From the IMG/VR virus record IMGVR_UViG_3300028364_000014, positions 124,001 to 188,000 of that record: DNA of 64,000 nt; one strand, given 5' to 3'. Every line of letters begins with the position of its first letter. The stretch's first letter is position 1. Position numbers and translations under genes: made by a program. Below are positions 1 through 10,467 of the stretch, piece by piece. A model generated the notes under the pieces. The model worked only from the letters and a program-made list of their open reading frames with translations, was not told where the DNA came from and did no database searches.

Positions 1-1
1 C

Positions 2-844
2 CCAGCACATATTACTAGATGGGAAAAATTTAGAATGTCTGTTCTTGATGTCCCGGCTGTAACAGAACATATGAGAAAAGTTAAAGATGCTATTGTTCAA
101 AAAAGTGGTGGAACCAAGTATGGGCTAGCTAATTATAAATTTTGTGGATTTGACAGTAGTGGACAAGTTAATAGACTACATGTTGAATTACGAGTAATGG
201 ATGGGTTATTGTCTCCAAGTGCTGTAGCCGCTTTTTCATGTCTATATTATGCACTATTCATAAAAGCTGTGGAATTATCTAGGTATGGTGTAATGGATGC
301 AGGTAACGAGGCTTGGCTAAAACAATCTACTATTATCAAGAATGCAATAATGAATGGTGCGTCTTCTTGGGATGAAGCGCGGGATACAGGAAGGTTTAGT
401 GATACTTCCGAATTACATAAATACACAGATATTTTAGTAGCTGAATCGTACGAGATGATTTCAATGCTTAAGCACATACTAAGTTCGATTGGTCCAGCTT
501 ATGAGGTTCTTGAAAAATTGGCAGAGGCTCCTTGTGGTATTAGAAGATGTGAAGGCAAATCTTGGGAGGATATTGAAAAAGATCTTGCTGTGGAGCTTAC
601 TGAAGAAGGAGCTACTGAGTATGAGATACAAAAAATTATTGCTACACGCGCAGTTATAAAATCCGCATCTCTTGAAGAGTGGACAAAATGTGTAGCTAAG
701 CTTCTTAAAGAAAAAAATGAGTTAGAAATTTCAAAGGAATCTGAAGAAGAAATAGCTGATAGAGTCGCTATACATATTGAAGATAGTTATGCTAATGGAA
801 ATATGTTGTGGGCTGATAAAATTGGTTCAGTTATAGCAGTTTAA
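2..844 (+). CDS. Putative amidoligase, C-terminal part (frame is open to the left window edge)
   Basis: KYGLANYK and HVELRVMDG resemble the amidoligase_2 family C-terminal motifs. The frame has no stop from nt 2 to the ATG at 35. First gene of a phiEco32-like ligase cluster. Confidence 0.6.
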   Translation, partial: PAHITRWEKFRMSVLDVPAVTEHMRKVKDAIVQKSGGTKYGLANYKFCGFDSSGQVNRLHVELRVMDGLLSPSAVAAFSCLYYALFIKAVELSRYGVMDAGNEAWLKQSTIIKNAIMNGASSWDEARDTGRFSDTSELHKYTDILVAESYEMISMLKHILSSIGPAYEVLEKLAEAPCGIRRCEGKSWEDIEKDLAVELTEEGATEYEIQKIIATRAVIKSASLEEWTKCVAKLLKEKNELEISKESEEEIADRVAIHIEDSYANGNMLWADKIGSVIAV

Positions 845-864
845 ATAATAAATAAAGGAATTAT

Positions 865-1719
865 ATGTGTTCAATATTTGGAATGGGGTTTTTCAAGAAA
901 GATAGGATAAACTCCTTTTTACTAAGAAATGCACTAAAGTCATTAACTTTGAATGCTCAAGCTCGTGGTAGAGATGCGACTGGCTTAGCATTCACTACTA
1001 AAACATCAACTGATGTTTTTAAACATAATGTGTCAGCTAAAAAATTCATTGAATTGGAAAATTATCGCGAAGTAGTACGAAAACATACCAAAGATAACAT
1101 ACCCCTTTATTCAATTCTTGGGCACTGCAGAGCTAAGACTTTAGGTACACAATTAAACCCTCTTAATAATCACCCGATCACTACCAATAATATAGTTGGT
1201 GTACATAACGGTGTAATAAGTAACCATGATGGTGTATTTACTACATTAGAAGCAACAGCAGCTAATTATGATGTCAAAAGAGCTGGGCAAGTAGATAGTG
1301 AGGCTATTTTTAGAGCCATTGACCTTTATGCTCATCAGTATAAAAACCCTACTGACTCAGCAGGAAAAGTATTACTTGGGCATATTGCTAATCCGGTAAC
1401 TAAAGCCATACAGTCCGCAACTAGACTACTGAATGGATCGTTTACTTGTGCTATAGTAGATATCGAAAATCCAGAGTGTTTATGGGTATTTAAGCACTCT
1501 AACCCAGTTACTATTTATTTGTATAAAAAAGAAGGATTTTTAGTATTTGCTTCTCTTGAAAATTTTTTAGAAGCTTCTTTAGGGTCTATAGGCTTATCAG
1601 TACCAGAAAAAATAGAACTTACTAATGATACTGGGATTTGTTTTAATTTAATGAAAGGGGTATTTAGTAAATTTAATTTAGCAGAAAGTAGTAATGACTC
1701 AAAAGTCTTAAGTAAATAA
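865..1719 (+). CDS. Class II (Ntn) glutamine amidotransferase
   Basis: N-terminal MCSIFG (Cys2 nucleophile), RGRDATG, GHCRAKT, NNHP, GVHNG and DSE motifs; RBS AAAGGA. Confidence 0.9.
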   Translation: MCSIFGMGFFKKDRINSFLLRNALKSLTLNAQARGRDATGLAFTTKTSTDVFKHNVSAKKFIELENYREVVRKHTKDNIPLYSILGHCRAKTLGTQLNPLNNHPITTNNIVGVHNGVISNHDGVFTTLEATAANYDVKRAGQVDSEAIFRAIDLYAHQYKNPTDSAGKVLLGHIANPVTKAIQSATRLLNGSFTCAIVDIENPECLWVFKHSNPVTIYLYKKEGFLVFASLENFLEASLGSIGLSVPEKIELTNDTGICFNLMKGVFSKFNLAESSNDSKVLSK

Positions 1720-1751
1720 ATAAACACTTTGGGTTATTAGGGAGTATTAAA

Positions 1752-2897
1752 ATGGAAATTAATAGATTATTAGGTATTAACGAGTCTTTAGTTGAGGTAT
1801 TCACAGCAGTAGAGTCTGGCATTGTAATTGATGATTTAGGTACTGGAATTCGAACCGGAACTCCTTGTTTAATTCTAACAACTGGCTCAGATAAAGATGG
1901 TGGGGAGATAAAGTCTTTAGGTAATAAAGCTGCGTTGTTTATAGGACCGCATTGTCCAGGGGCTCCTCCAAGGCATATATTTGATATCAATCCAGGCTGC
2001 GGTGGTCCAATTATTAAATCACAAGGACCATCTAATATATTAGATGAATTTTCGTCTATTGAGATTAAAAAAATAGACTTGAAAAAAATCAACAAGTTAA
2101 TAGAAAATGTTCAAACTAAAGGACCTGTGTCTTTAATGGTTACAGAAAACAAAGAAAAGTGTTTAGCTAAAGATATCGCTACTTTGTGTAAGGAATTTAA
2201 TAAAAAATTTAAATTTATTTCTGTAATGTCTCACCATAAACGTGGTAAAAGAAATTTAGTTCCCAACGATAAAGTGGTGTGTGCCCTTACTTTTTCAGAC
2301 ATTAAAAATAGTTTACCAGTGTTTAGTCCTGAAAAATCTAATGGTATCTCTATGCACTTAGCGATTCTTTACACCGAACAAAGTAATAAAAATAAACAAT
2401 TAGTTACTGCGCTTGAGACTACTGTAATATTTTCCTCTTTTAAAGAGAATTTTACAATTATTAAAGGACAAAAAACCGGTATAAGCCTTGTACCTATAAC
2501 TGCATTATTAGACAGTATTCTAGGAGACAGTACTTATTTAGAAGTCGGTAAAACGCAATCAAAAAGTAAACAAGATATAAAACAAGAAGTAAGGGAAAAA
2601 AAGAAACGAAAAAAATTAAAAGTAAAACAATCGAGTCCCTTTGATAATGAACGTCCATTTGTCCCGGTCGAAAACCCTTTTGACAACAAAGACCCATTTG
2701 AGATGGTTGAACGTCCATTTGACCCGGTCGAAAACCCTTTTGACAACAAAGACCCATTTGAGATGGTTGAACTGGATTATTCTGATTCAATTGCTGTACG
2801 TGAGGTGCCAACCACTGTACGTGCAACTATGCGTACAGTACCAACGGGTACAGTTTATGGAAAATATACTAGTTTAAATGATAGTGATGATTTTTAA
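1752..2897 (+). CDS. Hypothetical protein with C-terminal xPF repeat tract
   Basis: 381-aa ORF with a GGAG RBS, collinear within the cluster; no family recognised. Confidence 0.7.
   Translation: MEINRLLGINESLVEVFTAVESGIVIDDLGTGIRTGTPCLILTTGSDKDGGEIKSLGNKAALFIGPHCPGAPPRHIFDINPGCGGPIIKSQGPSNILDEFSSIEIKKIDLKKINKLIENVQTKGPVSLMVTENKEKCLAKDIATLCKEFNKKFKFISVMSHHKRGKRNLVPNDKVVCALTFSDIKNSLPVFSPEKSNGISMHLAILYTEQSNKNKQLVTALETTVIFSSFKENFTIIKGQKTGISLVPITALLDSILGDSTYLEVGKTQSKSKQDIKQEVREKKKRKKLKVKQSSPFDNERPFVPVENPFDNKDPFEMVERPFDPVENPFDNKDPFEMVELDYSDSIAVREVPTTVRATMRTVPTGTVYGKYTSLNDSDDF
2648..2772 (+). repeat. 60-bp tandem repeat (about 2 copies) encoding ERPFxPVENPFDNKDPFEMV
   Basis: Lines 2641 and 2701 align at a 60-nt period with very few differences. 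Confidence 0.95.
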
Positions 2898-2929
2898 AAT
2901 ATAAAATAATATTTAAGGAGAGGTTAGTT

Positions 2930-4816
2930 ATGTGTGGAATTCTTGGAGCACTTCGTTTCGGAGAACTTAATGATTCAACCAACGAAGAACATAATTGGAT
3001 GAGAAAAGCTAGTTTGCTAATTGCAGCTGATATTCTAGAAAAAACTGAAAAAAGAGGAAAAGATGCTACTGGAATATCGGCTCTTTTTAATGATGGAAGA
3101 TTTATTTTACAAAAAATGGGTACAGACGCTAAAACCTTTATGAGTCGCTTTGGTGGTAAAAAGGAAGATTTTCAAGGGTTTATGAAAATTCTTCGTGAAT
3201 ATGAGTCAACTCTAAAGATTATTACTGGACATTGCCGTAAAAAATCAGTAGGAGGTTCTTTTGACAATGTTAATAATCATCCAGTTAAAGCTAATAAAAT
3301 AGTTGGACTACATAATGGTACTCTAAAAAATCAAAACATCATTTTTGAAAATCTTAAATGTAAAAGAGACGGGGATGTAGACAGTGAAGCTATTTTTAGG
3401 CTTCTGGATTATTATACTAAAGGAGGAAAGGAACCTTTTACTATGGAAATGGTAGAAGATACTTTTAATAGGCTAGAAGGTACTTTTAGTATTATTGCTT
3501 ACAATATTGATAATCCTAATCAAGTAGTAGTTGGTCGTGACGGTAGACCAGCCGAATTTTGTCTTGTTAAACCACTAAAGACAGTATTTATTGCTTCAGA
3601 AAAAGCTTATATTGAACACGCTCTTTGGAGATATAATCAAACAGCAGCTTTATTTTATGATGGGCAGTATCCTAGAATTAAATCAGCAGACGCAGTGTTT
3701 AAAACACTAATAGATGATACTGCTGGTATTTTTGATCTTACAAAAGAAATTGATGAAAATTCTGAAATGGCGGATTTACTAGACACTAAAAAATTACCTC
3801 TAACAAGTCAAAGAATATGGAAAGTGCCTGTTAAATCGACTGTTTATCCTAATGATGCTTACAGAAATAGACAACAAACTGATGACAAAAAAAAAGTAAC
3901 AGTGGGTGGTCAGGGGGAACCCCTAAACACTGCAGCATCAGACAAAAGTATGACAGGAACTACCAAAACCAAGGATGCTGCGGAATCTAAAAGAAGATTT
4001 GTAGCAAGAGTATGGAATGAGGATTTAAATAAATTTATTCCAAAAACAGATATCAAAGCCATGGAAAGCACACAAGTAATTAATTTGGAAAAAAAAACCA
4101 TCAATGATTTAACATCAGTATTTAGAGAGGTTACAAAAGAACAAAATGATCCTTTTAATAAATCAGAACAAAACGCATTGGTGGAAAAGAAATTCACACA
4201 CGAGGTTGAAGAGTATAAAAGTGGAAAAACAGCTGTACTAAATAACATTATACCTATAGAGGCTAAAGCTTTAGAGGTCGAAGTAAACCAATTAAAAGTG
4301 ATTAAAGAAAAGACAGCTTCAGCACGTTTAGAAAGTAAAGATCATCTAGACGGGCTAAAGGCTACTATTCAAGCATCCAAAGAATTACTAAGATTGGACA
4401 CTATTGATGAAGTAGCTGAATTACTAAATGCGGATGTAGAAAATATTGAAAAACTATCATTACCTGCAATTACAAACAGACTCTTGAAAGCCCAATTTTC
4501 TAAAATGTTTCTTACTGGCTGGATGGCTAAATGTGATGCATTAAAAACACAAACAATCGATAAGCATATAGAAGCAATCGATAAACACGTGGAAGAAGAA
4601 AAAGAGGTGAAATCTAGAAAACATATCAGAGTATTAAAACATATTGTAAACGCGCTCGGCCAGTACGATGAAAAACAATTAGTTTCTGAATGGGCCAAAA
4701 AATGGGCTACTTCCTATTCTGAAATCAATACAGAGACTCTATCCGCGGTGTTTAATGAGGGAGACCTTCGTGATAATGACAAAGTTACTGAAATAATGAA
4801 ATACGTAAAAAAGTAA
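2930..4816 (+). CDS. Class II glutamine amidotransferase with long C-terminal extension
   Basis: MCGILG start, RGKDATG, GHCRKKS, NNHP, GLHNG, DSE and RDGRP motifs; about 330 extra C-terminal residues. Confidence 0.9.
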   Translation: MCGILGALRFGELNDSTNEEHNWMRKASLLIAADILEKTEKRGKDATGISALFNDGRFILQKMGTDAKTFMSRFGGKKEDFQGFMKILREYESTLKIITGHCRKKSVGGSFDNVNNHPVKANKIVGLHNGTLKNQNIIFENLKCKRDGDVDSEAIFRLLDYYTKGGKEPFTMEMVEDTFNRLEGTFSIIAYNIDNPNQVVVGRDGRPAEFCLVKPLKTVFIASEKAYIEHALWRYNQTAALFYDGQYPRIKSADAVFKTLIDDTAGIFDLTKEIDENSEMADLLDTKKLPLTSQRIWKVPVKSTVYPNDAYRNRQQTDDKKKVTVGGQGEPLNTAASDKSMTGTTKTKDAAESKRRFVARVWNEDLNKFIPKTDIKAMESTQVINLEKKTINDLTSVFREVTKEQNDPFNKSEQNALVEKKFTHEVEEYKSGKTAVLNNIIPIEAKALEVEVNQLKVIKEKTASARLESKDHLDGLKATIQASKELLRLDTIDEVAELLNADVENIEKLSLPAITNRLLKAQFSKMFLTGWMAKCDALKTQTIDKHIEAIDKHVEEEKEVKSRKHIRVLKHIVNALGQYDEKQLVSEWAKKWATSYSEINTETLSAVFNEGDLRDNDKVTEIMKYVKK

Positions 4817-4834
4817 CAAAGGAGAAATATTAAC

Positions 4835-6130
4835 ATGACTAGTAAAAAAGAACTAATTTTGGTAACTTCGGCTAGAATGGAAAAAAATAAAAAACCTAAC
4901 CGTAATGAAAATAACCTTATAAGATTATCTGCAGTTACTAGAAATAGTTTGGGCTTTGGAGACAGTGTTGAAGTCTCAGGAAAACATTTAAAGTCTTTAG
5001 ACACTTTTCAAGCTTTTTCTAAGGACATAAAAGATTTACGTGAACAGGGCTCATTTACAGATAGTGAAATGAAAAGAATTGGCTTCGTAACCCCTGAAAC
5101 TTTTCGAAGTCTTACTGGTAAAAACAGTCTATTGGAAAAAAATAATATTTGGATTTCCAAAACAATACAAACAACACTAATTGGTGCAGACCCAGAATTT
5201 CTTTTATTTGATAATAAAGGGGACGTAGTGCATGCAAATAACCACCTTTCTAAACCTGGACTAGTAGGATCAGATGGCGCTATGATTGAAGTACGCCCTG
5301 AACCTTCAACTACTCCTGAAGGGTTGGTTCAAAATATAAAATATATTTTTTCTAATCAAGAATTAATGCGTGATGTCCAAGATTTCCAGTGGTTAGCTGC
5401 AGTTTACTATAAAAATGATCAAAGAGACTACCCAGTTGGTGGACATATCCATCTTGGAAATCCTGTAAGCATCAAAAAGCTTTCTGGTCCTCAAAAACAT
5501 TTTATGTTTGGTGTTTTTAATAAAATACTTGACGAATTACTTTCCTTACCTATGATTAAATTGGATGGGCAAGACTTGGGTGAGTGTCGTAGATCAAAAT
5601 GTAAAATGGCTATGGGAAACCGGGGTTTTGGCTATTACGGAGAATGGCGTCCATGTGATGGAAGATTAGAACATCGCACATTAAGCGGTTTATGGCTTAT
5701 GCACCCTTCAGTAGCGGAGGCTGTATTAGGTACTGCCAAAGCCATAGCAGATGAAATGTTTAGTCTTGTGGATGATAAAGGGTATGATTTAAACTATATT
5801 AAAAGTCCTGGTATTGAATTTAATGATCATAAGTATTTATATAGGGCTGAGTTTGATGATTGGGACAAAATAGGCATTGCTAAAGATTTAAGATGTGTTC
5901 AATCCTCTGCTTATATGCGTTCTATGCTTAATACCTCTAAAGCAAGTAGTATTACCAAACCATTTCTTACTAAATGGTATAATAATATAAAAAAACTTAG
6001 TACTTATAACAAATACGCAAAGCACATTGACATGCTTTATGCTATTCTATCAATGCCCAAAAAGAAAATCTCTAGCATAGGGCTAGATTTAAAGAAAAAT
6101 TGGGTAGAAGAAAATGAACTTTTGTTGTAG
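4835..6130 (+). CDS. phiEco32-like COOH-NH2 ligase type 2
   Basis: IGADPEFLL, GSDGAMIEVRPEP, GGHIHLG and LEHRTLS motifs typical of this family. Confidence 0.85.
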   Translation: MTSKKELILVTSARMEKNKKPNRNENNLIRLSAVTRNSLGFGDSVEVSGKHLKSLDTFQAFSKDIKDLREQGSFTDSEMKRIGFVTPETFRSLTGKNSLLEKNNIWISKTIQTTLIGADPEFLLFDNKGDVVHANNHLSKPGLVGSDGAMIEVRPEPSTTPEGLVQNIKYIFSNQELMRDVQDFQWLAAVYYKNDQRDYPVGGHIHLGNPVSIKKLSGPQKHFMFGVFNKILDELLSLPMIKLDGQDLGECRRSKCKMAMGNRGFGYYGEWRPCDGRLEHRTLSGLWLMHPSVAEAVLGTAKAIADEMFSLVDDKGYDLNYIKSPGIEFNDHKYLYRAEFDDWDKIGIAKDLRCVQSSAYMRSMLNTSKASSITKPFLTKWYNNIKKLSTYNKYAKHIDMLYAILSMPKKKISSIGLDLKKNWVEENELLL

Positions 6131-6138
6131 AATCAGCA

Positions 6139-7296
6139 ATGTTTAAAAAAATTTTAAATTATATTAAAAAAGGACTTGACATGAATAAAAAAGATGTTTA
6201 TATTACGTACAGTAGTGCCACAAATGTAACTGGAGAAAAATTACAAGCAGCTTTAAAAATTGCAGGTGGTTTAAAAATTCCTTCAAAAAAACAAAAACTA
6301 ATTATTGGGTGGGGAGCTAAAACAGACGAAGACGTAACTTTTCCAAAAGATACTATTGTATTAAACCATCCAAACGCCATCAGGACTAACCGCAATAAAC
6401 TTGGGGCTCTCGCACTTATGCTTGCTGGGGATGTATCAATAGCCCCATTTTCACCAACTGAAACAGTAGAAACTGATATTGCTAGTGGAAAAATTACACT
6501 ACCGCTTATTGGAAGAACAAAATATCATCAAGGTGGTAAAGGGTTTTGGGTATGCCCTACACTTACACATGTTAAGGACGCTATCAAAAACAATGCTGCT
6601 TATTTTCAGGCAATGATTGAGATTAAAGACGAATTCAGGTTTCATGTTTTTGGAGATACTGTAATTTATGCTGTAAAAAAAGTTCAACGAACTCCAGAAG
6701 ATTTTGAAGTAGCATTTATAGAAGATGAGCTTGCACGTCAGAAAAAATTGTGGGAAAAGAATAATGAGGGACCATTTCAAGAGAATTTTGCAAAAGAAAT
6801 ACTACGTAGACAAGCAAAAAATGCTACGGCTGGGGGTGCTAATATGATGGTACGCTCCAATAAAATGGGGTGGAGATTCTCTAGAATTAGTAAGCTAGAT
6901 AAAGCAGTTGAAGTTGAAGCTATAAAAGCTGTAAGAGCACTAGGTCTAGATTTTGGTGCCGTTGATTGTTGTACTGATGCTAATGGAGTTCCTTTTATTA
7001 TTGAAGTAAATACTGGACCTGGGCTTGAGGGCACACCATTTGATAATTATGTAAAAGCTTTTGAAGCTTTACTAGCAGATAAACCAAAAGCTATTCCTAC
7101 CAAACCTATATCTCCAGCTGCAAACATGGCTGCTGCAAAAACTAAAATTGGAAACTCTTCTATGGGTGCTGCTAAAAAAGCACTACTTCAGCAACAGCTC
7201 GGGAGACTTTCTAGTATTCTAGAAGAGACCCCTGATGATGAAATCGACACTTTGGAACGACTGGCAAAACACGTTATATTCGGTTCCGACTCATAA
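6139..7296 (+). CDS. ATP-grasp peptide ligase (RimK/YheCD-like)
   Basis: RTKYHQGGKG, EFRFHV and LGLDFGAVD...IIEVNTGPG ATP-grasp motifs. The true start may be the ATG at 6181. Confidence 0.85.
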   Translation: MFKKILNYIKKGLDMNKKDVYITYSSATNVTGEKLQAALKIAGGLKIPSKKQKLIIGWGAKTDEDVTFPKDTIVLNHPNAIRTNRNKLGALALMLAGDVSIAPFSPTETVETDIASGKITLPLIGRTKYHQGGKGFWVCPTLTHVKDAIKNNAAYFQAMIEIKDEFRFHVFGDTVIYAVKKVQRTPEDFEVAFIEDELARQKKLWEKNNEGPFQENFAKEILRRQAKNATAGGANMMVRSNKMGWRFSRISKLDKAVEVEAIKAVRALGLDFGAVDCCTDANGVPFIIEVNTGPGLEGTPFDNYVKAFEALLADKPKAIPTKPISPAANMAAAKTKIGNSSMGAAKKALLQQQLGRLSSILEETPDDEIDTLERLAKHVIFGSDS

Positions 7297-7705
7297 ATTT
7301 GATAACGGACTGACTGAATACCAAATAGCTGGGCAAATAGCTGATTTATTAAATAGTTATAACCACTTAAAAACTAAACATACACCTAGCACTATCCTGT
7401 CCGATAAAGTCAAGTACTTCATTGAGCTTTACGGACAGGATGTAATAGGTTGTGTAGGATTATTATATGAATTAGCCTTAGACAAGATATGTCATTTAAC
7501 TATTAAACCAGAATTTAGGCGAAAAGGTTTTGGTAGAAAATTAATTTATAGAGCTAAAGAATTTTCACAGAGATCGGCTGTGTATATGTCAATTAGAGAA
7601 GATAATATAGGCAGTTTAAATTTGGCAACCTCACTTGGTTTTCGTGCAATAGCCTATAAAAGAACTAATGACTATAATTTGCTTATTTTATTTATGGAGA
7701 AATAA
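7235..7705 (+). CDS. GNAT acetyltransferase
   Basis: LTIKPEFRRKGFGRKL acetyl-CoA motif and a N..S..L...LGF motif. Confidence 0.85.
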   Translation: MMKSTLWNDWQNTLYSVPTHKFDNGLTEYQIAGQIADLLNSYNHLKTKHTPSTILSDKVKYFIELYGQDVIGCVGLLYELALDKICHLTIKPEFRRKGFGRKLIYRAKEFSQRSAVYMSIREDNIGSLNLATSLGFRAIAYKRTNDYNLLILFMEK

Positions 7706-7711
7706 AAACAC

Positions 7712-8497
7712 ATGGACAAGCTTACACAGATTAAATACATCGGCATTGAAGTAATTAAAAAGGATGGTACTGGTAAGGACGATATTACTTCTGGATTTTT
7801 TCTAGGGGTTTGGGATAATTGGAATAGGAAAGAAAAACAAAATTTTATTGTTATAATGGACTCTAAGACAACTGTACGTTTATTTAATACTCAATTTTAT
7901 AATGTACTAGCTCTTAAGATTCTAGATAATGAAACAGAATATTTAACAGTGTTTAAAAAAGAATTAGAAGATCAAGAGTCTGCTATTAAAATGCTAAATG
8001 GATTTGTAGAACTGTTTAGAACAGACAATAAGTTAATGACAACAGATGCAACTGGACAATTAATAGATCCTAATGAATACTTTAATTACCCAAAGGCTAT
8101 ACTAGAAGGAAAAGATCTTACAGATACAGCATGTGAAACTGATCCTATTGACAAAGTTACTAATCTTAAAAATGCCAATGGTAGTACTAAAACTAATAAC
8201 AATTATAACCATAACGCTAATGCAGTAAACAAAGGCTATGGAGCAGCTTATTCTGATCCTTATGGGTATGGATATGAATACGGTGAATATGGTACTACAA
8301 AAACAGCTACAGTAACTTATTTAACTAGAAAAGGAGCTCCGCTTTCTATAGCTACTTTAAATACTATGAAGGATAAAGTTAAACGACTAGCTACAGGGGA
8401 TTACACAGTTACAAACATTCCAGTACCTAAATGTGATGAATTAGATACTATTGCTGATGACTATGATAAAAAAAACCTACCCACAGTAGTAATGTAA
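7712..8497 (+). CDS. Hypothetical protein
   Basis: 261-aa ORF with RBS and a Tyr/Gly-rich segment; no family recognised. Confidence 0.7.
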   Translation: MDKLTQIKYIGIEVIKKDGTGKDDITSGFFLGVWDNWNRKEKQNFIVIMDSKTTVRLFNTQFYNVLALKILDNETEYLTVFKKELEDQESAIKMLNGFVELFRTDNKLMTTDATGQLIDPNEYFNYPKAILEGKDLTDTACETDPIDKVTNLKNANGSTKTNNNYNHNANAVNKGYGAAYSDPYGYGYEYGEYGTTKTATVTYLTRKGAPLSIATLNTMKDKVKRLATGDYTVTNIPVPKCDELDTIADDYDKKNLPTVVM

Positions 8498-8642
8498 ATT
8501 ATTTAAAAATAAACTCTAATACTGCAATAATACATGCTAAACAAAAAATGTTACATAATTTACCTATTCAGTGTCCGTGCGATAACTACGCACATCCTGG
8601 ATGTGGGTTGAATTGTCCATATAGAGATTAAAAGGAGTAAAT

Positions 8643-9632
8643 TTGGAATTAATAGGGCATGAAAATACAAAAAGGAGAATTGGTGTAGCTGTTAAATCAG
8701 CTATAATTAGAAATAAAGCCCTACCTCATATTTTATTATCAGGAGCAGCTGGTTGTGGTAAAACTACCACAGCTAGATGGCTTGCAACACTTGGAGGGTA
8801 TGATTTTACCCCAGTTACTCCGTTAAGTTTAAAAACAGTTAAAGATGTATATACATTATTAGAAAAAATGAACCATTCTGGGTATAATAACACAGGAGAT
8901 CGTATTGGAAAAATAACACCTACTATCTTATTTTTTGATGAAATTCATCAAATGCCTGTAATAGCGCAAGAAATACTTGGAGTAGCTATGGAACGTTTTC
9001 TTTTGGATTCTGATAAGTCTAAAAGTTACATTTGGTTACCTTATTTTACTATAGTTGGTGCAACTACAGACGATGGAATTTTAACTAAACCATTCAGAGA
9101 CAGGCTTAAAATGAAATTTATTTTTGAACCCTACTCTGATGAAGAGATGGAAGAGATTGTGAAATTTCATGCAATTCAACAAAAATTAATTATTACTGAA
9201 GGGGCTGTTACTGGGATTACCCAACGAAGTAGAGGTGTACCAAGAATAATGGTAAATAATTTAGAAGTTGTTAGGGATGTAATGCTTAGTAATGGAGCTA
9301 AAGTAATATCATCTAAGTTAGTTGATTTTGCGTTTAATTCCATAGACGTAGACCCTACTGGACTTACTAAAGTAGAAGTAAAAATTCTTAAGTCCTTATA
9401 TGAAACAAGCGGTCCAATAGGATTAGATAATTTAGCAATTATTACTAATGAATCGCCAAAAACAATCTCTCAATCACTCGAACCTTTTCTTATTAGGAGA
9501 GGCTTACTTTTAAGACAAGCAAAAGGAAGAGCTATAACCGAAAAAGGGAAAGAATATCTTGAAACTATGGGTCATATAACTAGTAAAAACACTGATAAAT
9601 CTTACATAGATGTATCCCATGTAAGGATGTAG
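8643..9632 (+). CDS. ruvB: Holliday junction branch-migration ATPase RuvB
   Basis: Walker A GAAGCGKTT, FFDEIH, FTIVGATT, PFRDR, SRGVPR and EPFLIRRG..RQAKGR; TTG start after AAGGAG. Confidence 0.93.
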   Translation: MELIGHENTKRRIGVAVKSAIIRNKALPHILLSGAAGCGKTTTARWLATLGGYDFTPVTPLSLKTVKDVYTLLEKMNHSGYNNTGDRIGKITPTILFFDEIHQMPVIAQEILGVAMERFLLDSDKSKSYIWLPYFTIVGATTDDGILTKPFRDRLKMKFIFEPYSDEEMEEIVKFHAIQQKLIITEGAVTGITQRSRGVPRIMVNNLEVVRDVMLSNGAKVISSKLVDFAFNSIDVDPTGLTKVEVKILKSLYETSGPIGLDNLAIITNESPKTISQSLEPFLIRRGLLLRQAKGRAITEKGKEYLETMGHITSKNTDKSYIDVSHVRM

Positions 9633-9638
9633 GTATTT

Positions 9639-10436
9639 ATGATAAAATACAAAGTAATAACAGAAAAAGACTTAACTAGCACTGATACAGAAGCATTCCC
9701 TAAGTATTTACTTGGAGATACACTAATTGATGCAGAAGAGACCTTTACTTGTTTTGAAAAATACATCAATAATCTTGCTACTTCTTACCATTTTATAACA
9801 GGAATAGATAAAAGTGAGTTTTTTGGTGATGCTGTAATAGCCTTAGGCAAAGCCAGAAGAGACTTTGATATTAAAAGAAGTAATAATTTTATAGCTTATG
9901 CAAAATTTCTTATCGTGGATTCTATGAATGAGTGTATAAGAAATAACATAGCCATTGTTAAAATACCTTCGTATATCTATAAAGCTCATAGAATTATAGC
10001 AAGGATCAAATTACTTGCTGTAAATAATTGTGCAAATATTACTGATGTATTATATAGTGATGATTATCTTGTTTCTGAATCGGTAAAATTAAAAATTAAT
10101 GAGGATAAAAATAAATTGAAAAGAGCCGCAGAGAGGGCAAATTTACCTTATAGAGAGCTTATTAAACGAGCCGAGTACCTTCCATTGACGTTGAGTAAAG
10201 AGGATGGTATGAAGAACTTAATACACTCTAACAAGACACACGACGCAATGTTAGCAAAAATTGTTGTTGATACAATAACCCCATTACTAGATAAAGATGA
10301 AAAATCTATTGCAGAAATGTTGATGAAGGATTTACCCAGATCAGAGATTAGTAAAAAGCTTGGAAGATCTGATGATTGGATTCTTAGTAGAATGGATAAA
10401 ATTAAAAATAAAATTACTGGTAAATTTTTAAAATAA
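9639..10436 (+). CDS. Phage RNA polymerase sigma factor (sigma70/FliA-like)
   Basis: Region 2-like segment (FDIKRSNNFIAYAKFLI..M) and a C-terminal HTH (EISKKLGRS...). Confidence 0.75.
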   Translation: MIKYKVITEKDLTSTDTEAFPKYLLGDTLIDAEETFTCFEKYINNLATSYHFITGIDKSEFFGDAVIALGKARRDFDIKRSNNFIAYAKFLIVDSMNECIRNNIAIVKIPSYIYKAHRIIARIKLLAVNNCANITDVLYSDDYLVSESVKLKINEDKNKLKRAAERANLPYRELIKRAEYLPLTLSKEDGMKNLIHSNKTHDAMLAKIVVDTITPLLDKDEKSIAEMLMKDLPRSEISKKLGRSDDWILSRMDKIKNKITGKFLK

Positions 10437-10467
10437 AAAAAAATAAACAATTAAAAGGAGACTAAAA

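Noticed and set aside
2648-2772. Direct repeats as a CRISPR array
   Set aside because: Contiguous in-frame 60-bp coding repeats with no spacers; no CRISPR array or cas gene was seen in the window.
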